The position numbers and the translations under genes were made by a program. The notes beneath the pieces are model-generated. The model searched no databases, was not told the DNA's origin, and was given only the letters and a program-made list of their open reading frames with translations. From a virus (taxonomy: Duplodnaviria; Caudoviricetes), in IMG/VR virus record IMGVR_UViG_3300031555_006395, positions 17,682-81,681 of that record: a DNA stretch of 64,000 nt. One strand, 5' to 3'. Every line of letters starts with the position of its first letter. Positions within the stretch are counted from its first letter, which is position 1. This document shows positions 63,734 to 64,000 of the stretch, in pieces.

Positions 63734-64000
63734 GTATATTTTATCATTAAGTTATGGTAAAGATAGTTTGGCGTGTTTAGGCGCCATAGAGAAGTTAGGC
63801 TGGCAACTTGACCGCATAGTACACGTAGAAATTTGGGCTACTGACACCATTTCCGCTGACCTACCGCCTATGGTTGAGTTTAAGAAGAAAGCGGACGCTA
63901 TCATCAAGGAACGTTACGGCATAGAAGTTGAACATATCCATGCAGTTAGGGGGGGGGAGAAGGACACCTACGAAAAGCGTTTCTATGCTAAACTCATCAA
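63726..64000 (+). CDS. second PAPS-reductase-like (PP-loop) protein, partial, with G9 tract
   Basis: LSLSYGKDSLA...DLPPMVEFK...AVRGGEKDTYEKRFY; runs off the window. Confidence 0.75.
   Translation, partial: MSEYILSLSYGKDSLACLGAIEKLGWQLDRIVHVEIWATDTISADLPPMVEFKKKADAIIKERYGIEVEHIHAVRGGEKDTYEKRFYAKLI

Noticed and set aside
1-64000. Stop-codon reassignment
   Set aside because: Code 11 gives intact full-length genes, TAG/TGA are used as real stops, and no suppressor-anticodon tRNA was found

Overview
This is a 64-kb segment of a large temperate SPbeta-like phage or prophage of a Firmicutes (probably Clostridia) host. From left to right: (1) 1-15.3 kb, minus strand: portal start, terminase large subunit, tyrosine recombinase, 3 tRNAs, HU, metallophosphoesterase, beta-CASP nuclease, ClpP, YonO-type single-subunit RNA polymerase, deaminase, wHTH protein, an origin-like palindrome region and a second recombinase. 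(2) 16-34 kb, plus strand: an early/accessory region with a structured leader, boxA-like sites, about 45 small ORFs, paralog families, an M28/M20 peptidase, Phd-Doc, a DUF262 protein and Lar. (3) 34-38 kb: a regulatory switch (ImmA/Xre, DGQHR-type YopQ-like protein, MrpR-like dead recombinase, antitoxin-less MazF). (4) 38-41.6 kb: a tRNA island (9 tRNAs) interleaved with several unannotated pseudoknotted RNAs and a radical SAM gene, followed by a fused PNKP-RNA ligase. (5) 46-64 kb: replication, recombination and modification genes (HD hydrolase, Sak, SSB, PD-(D/E)XK nuclease, intein-containing primase-helicase, DnaE, ligase, ThyX, intein-containing C5-MTase, Dam-like MTase, two PAPS-reductase-like genes, one with a G9 tract). 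The most notable signals are AUA/AUU/AUC starts on core genes, a hybrid lysis-lysogeny circuit with its own MazF, stop-to-RBS palindromic cassette spacers, and large structured RNAs among the tRNAs. All calls are from motif recognition by eye; no database searches were run.
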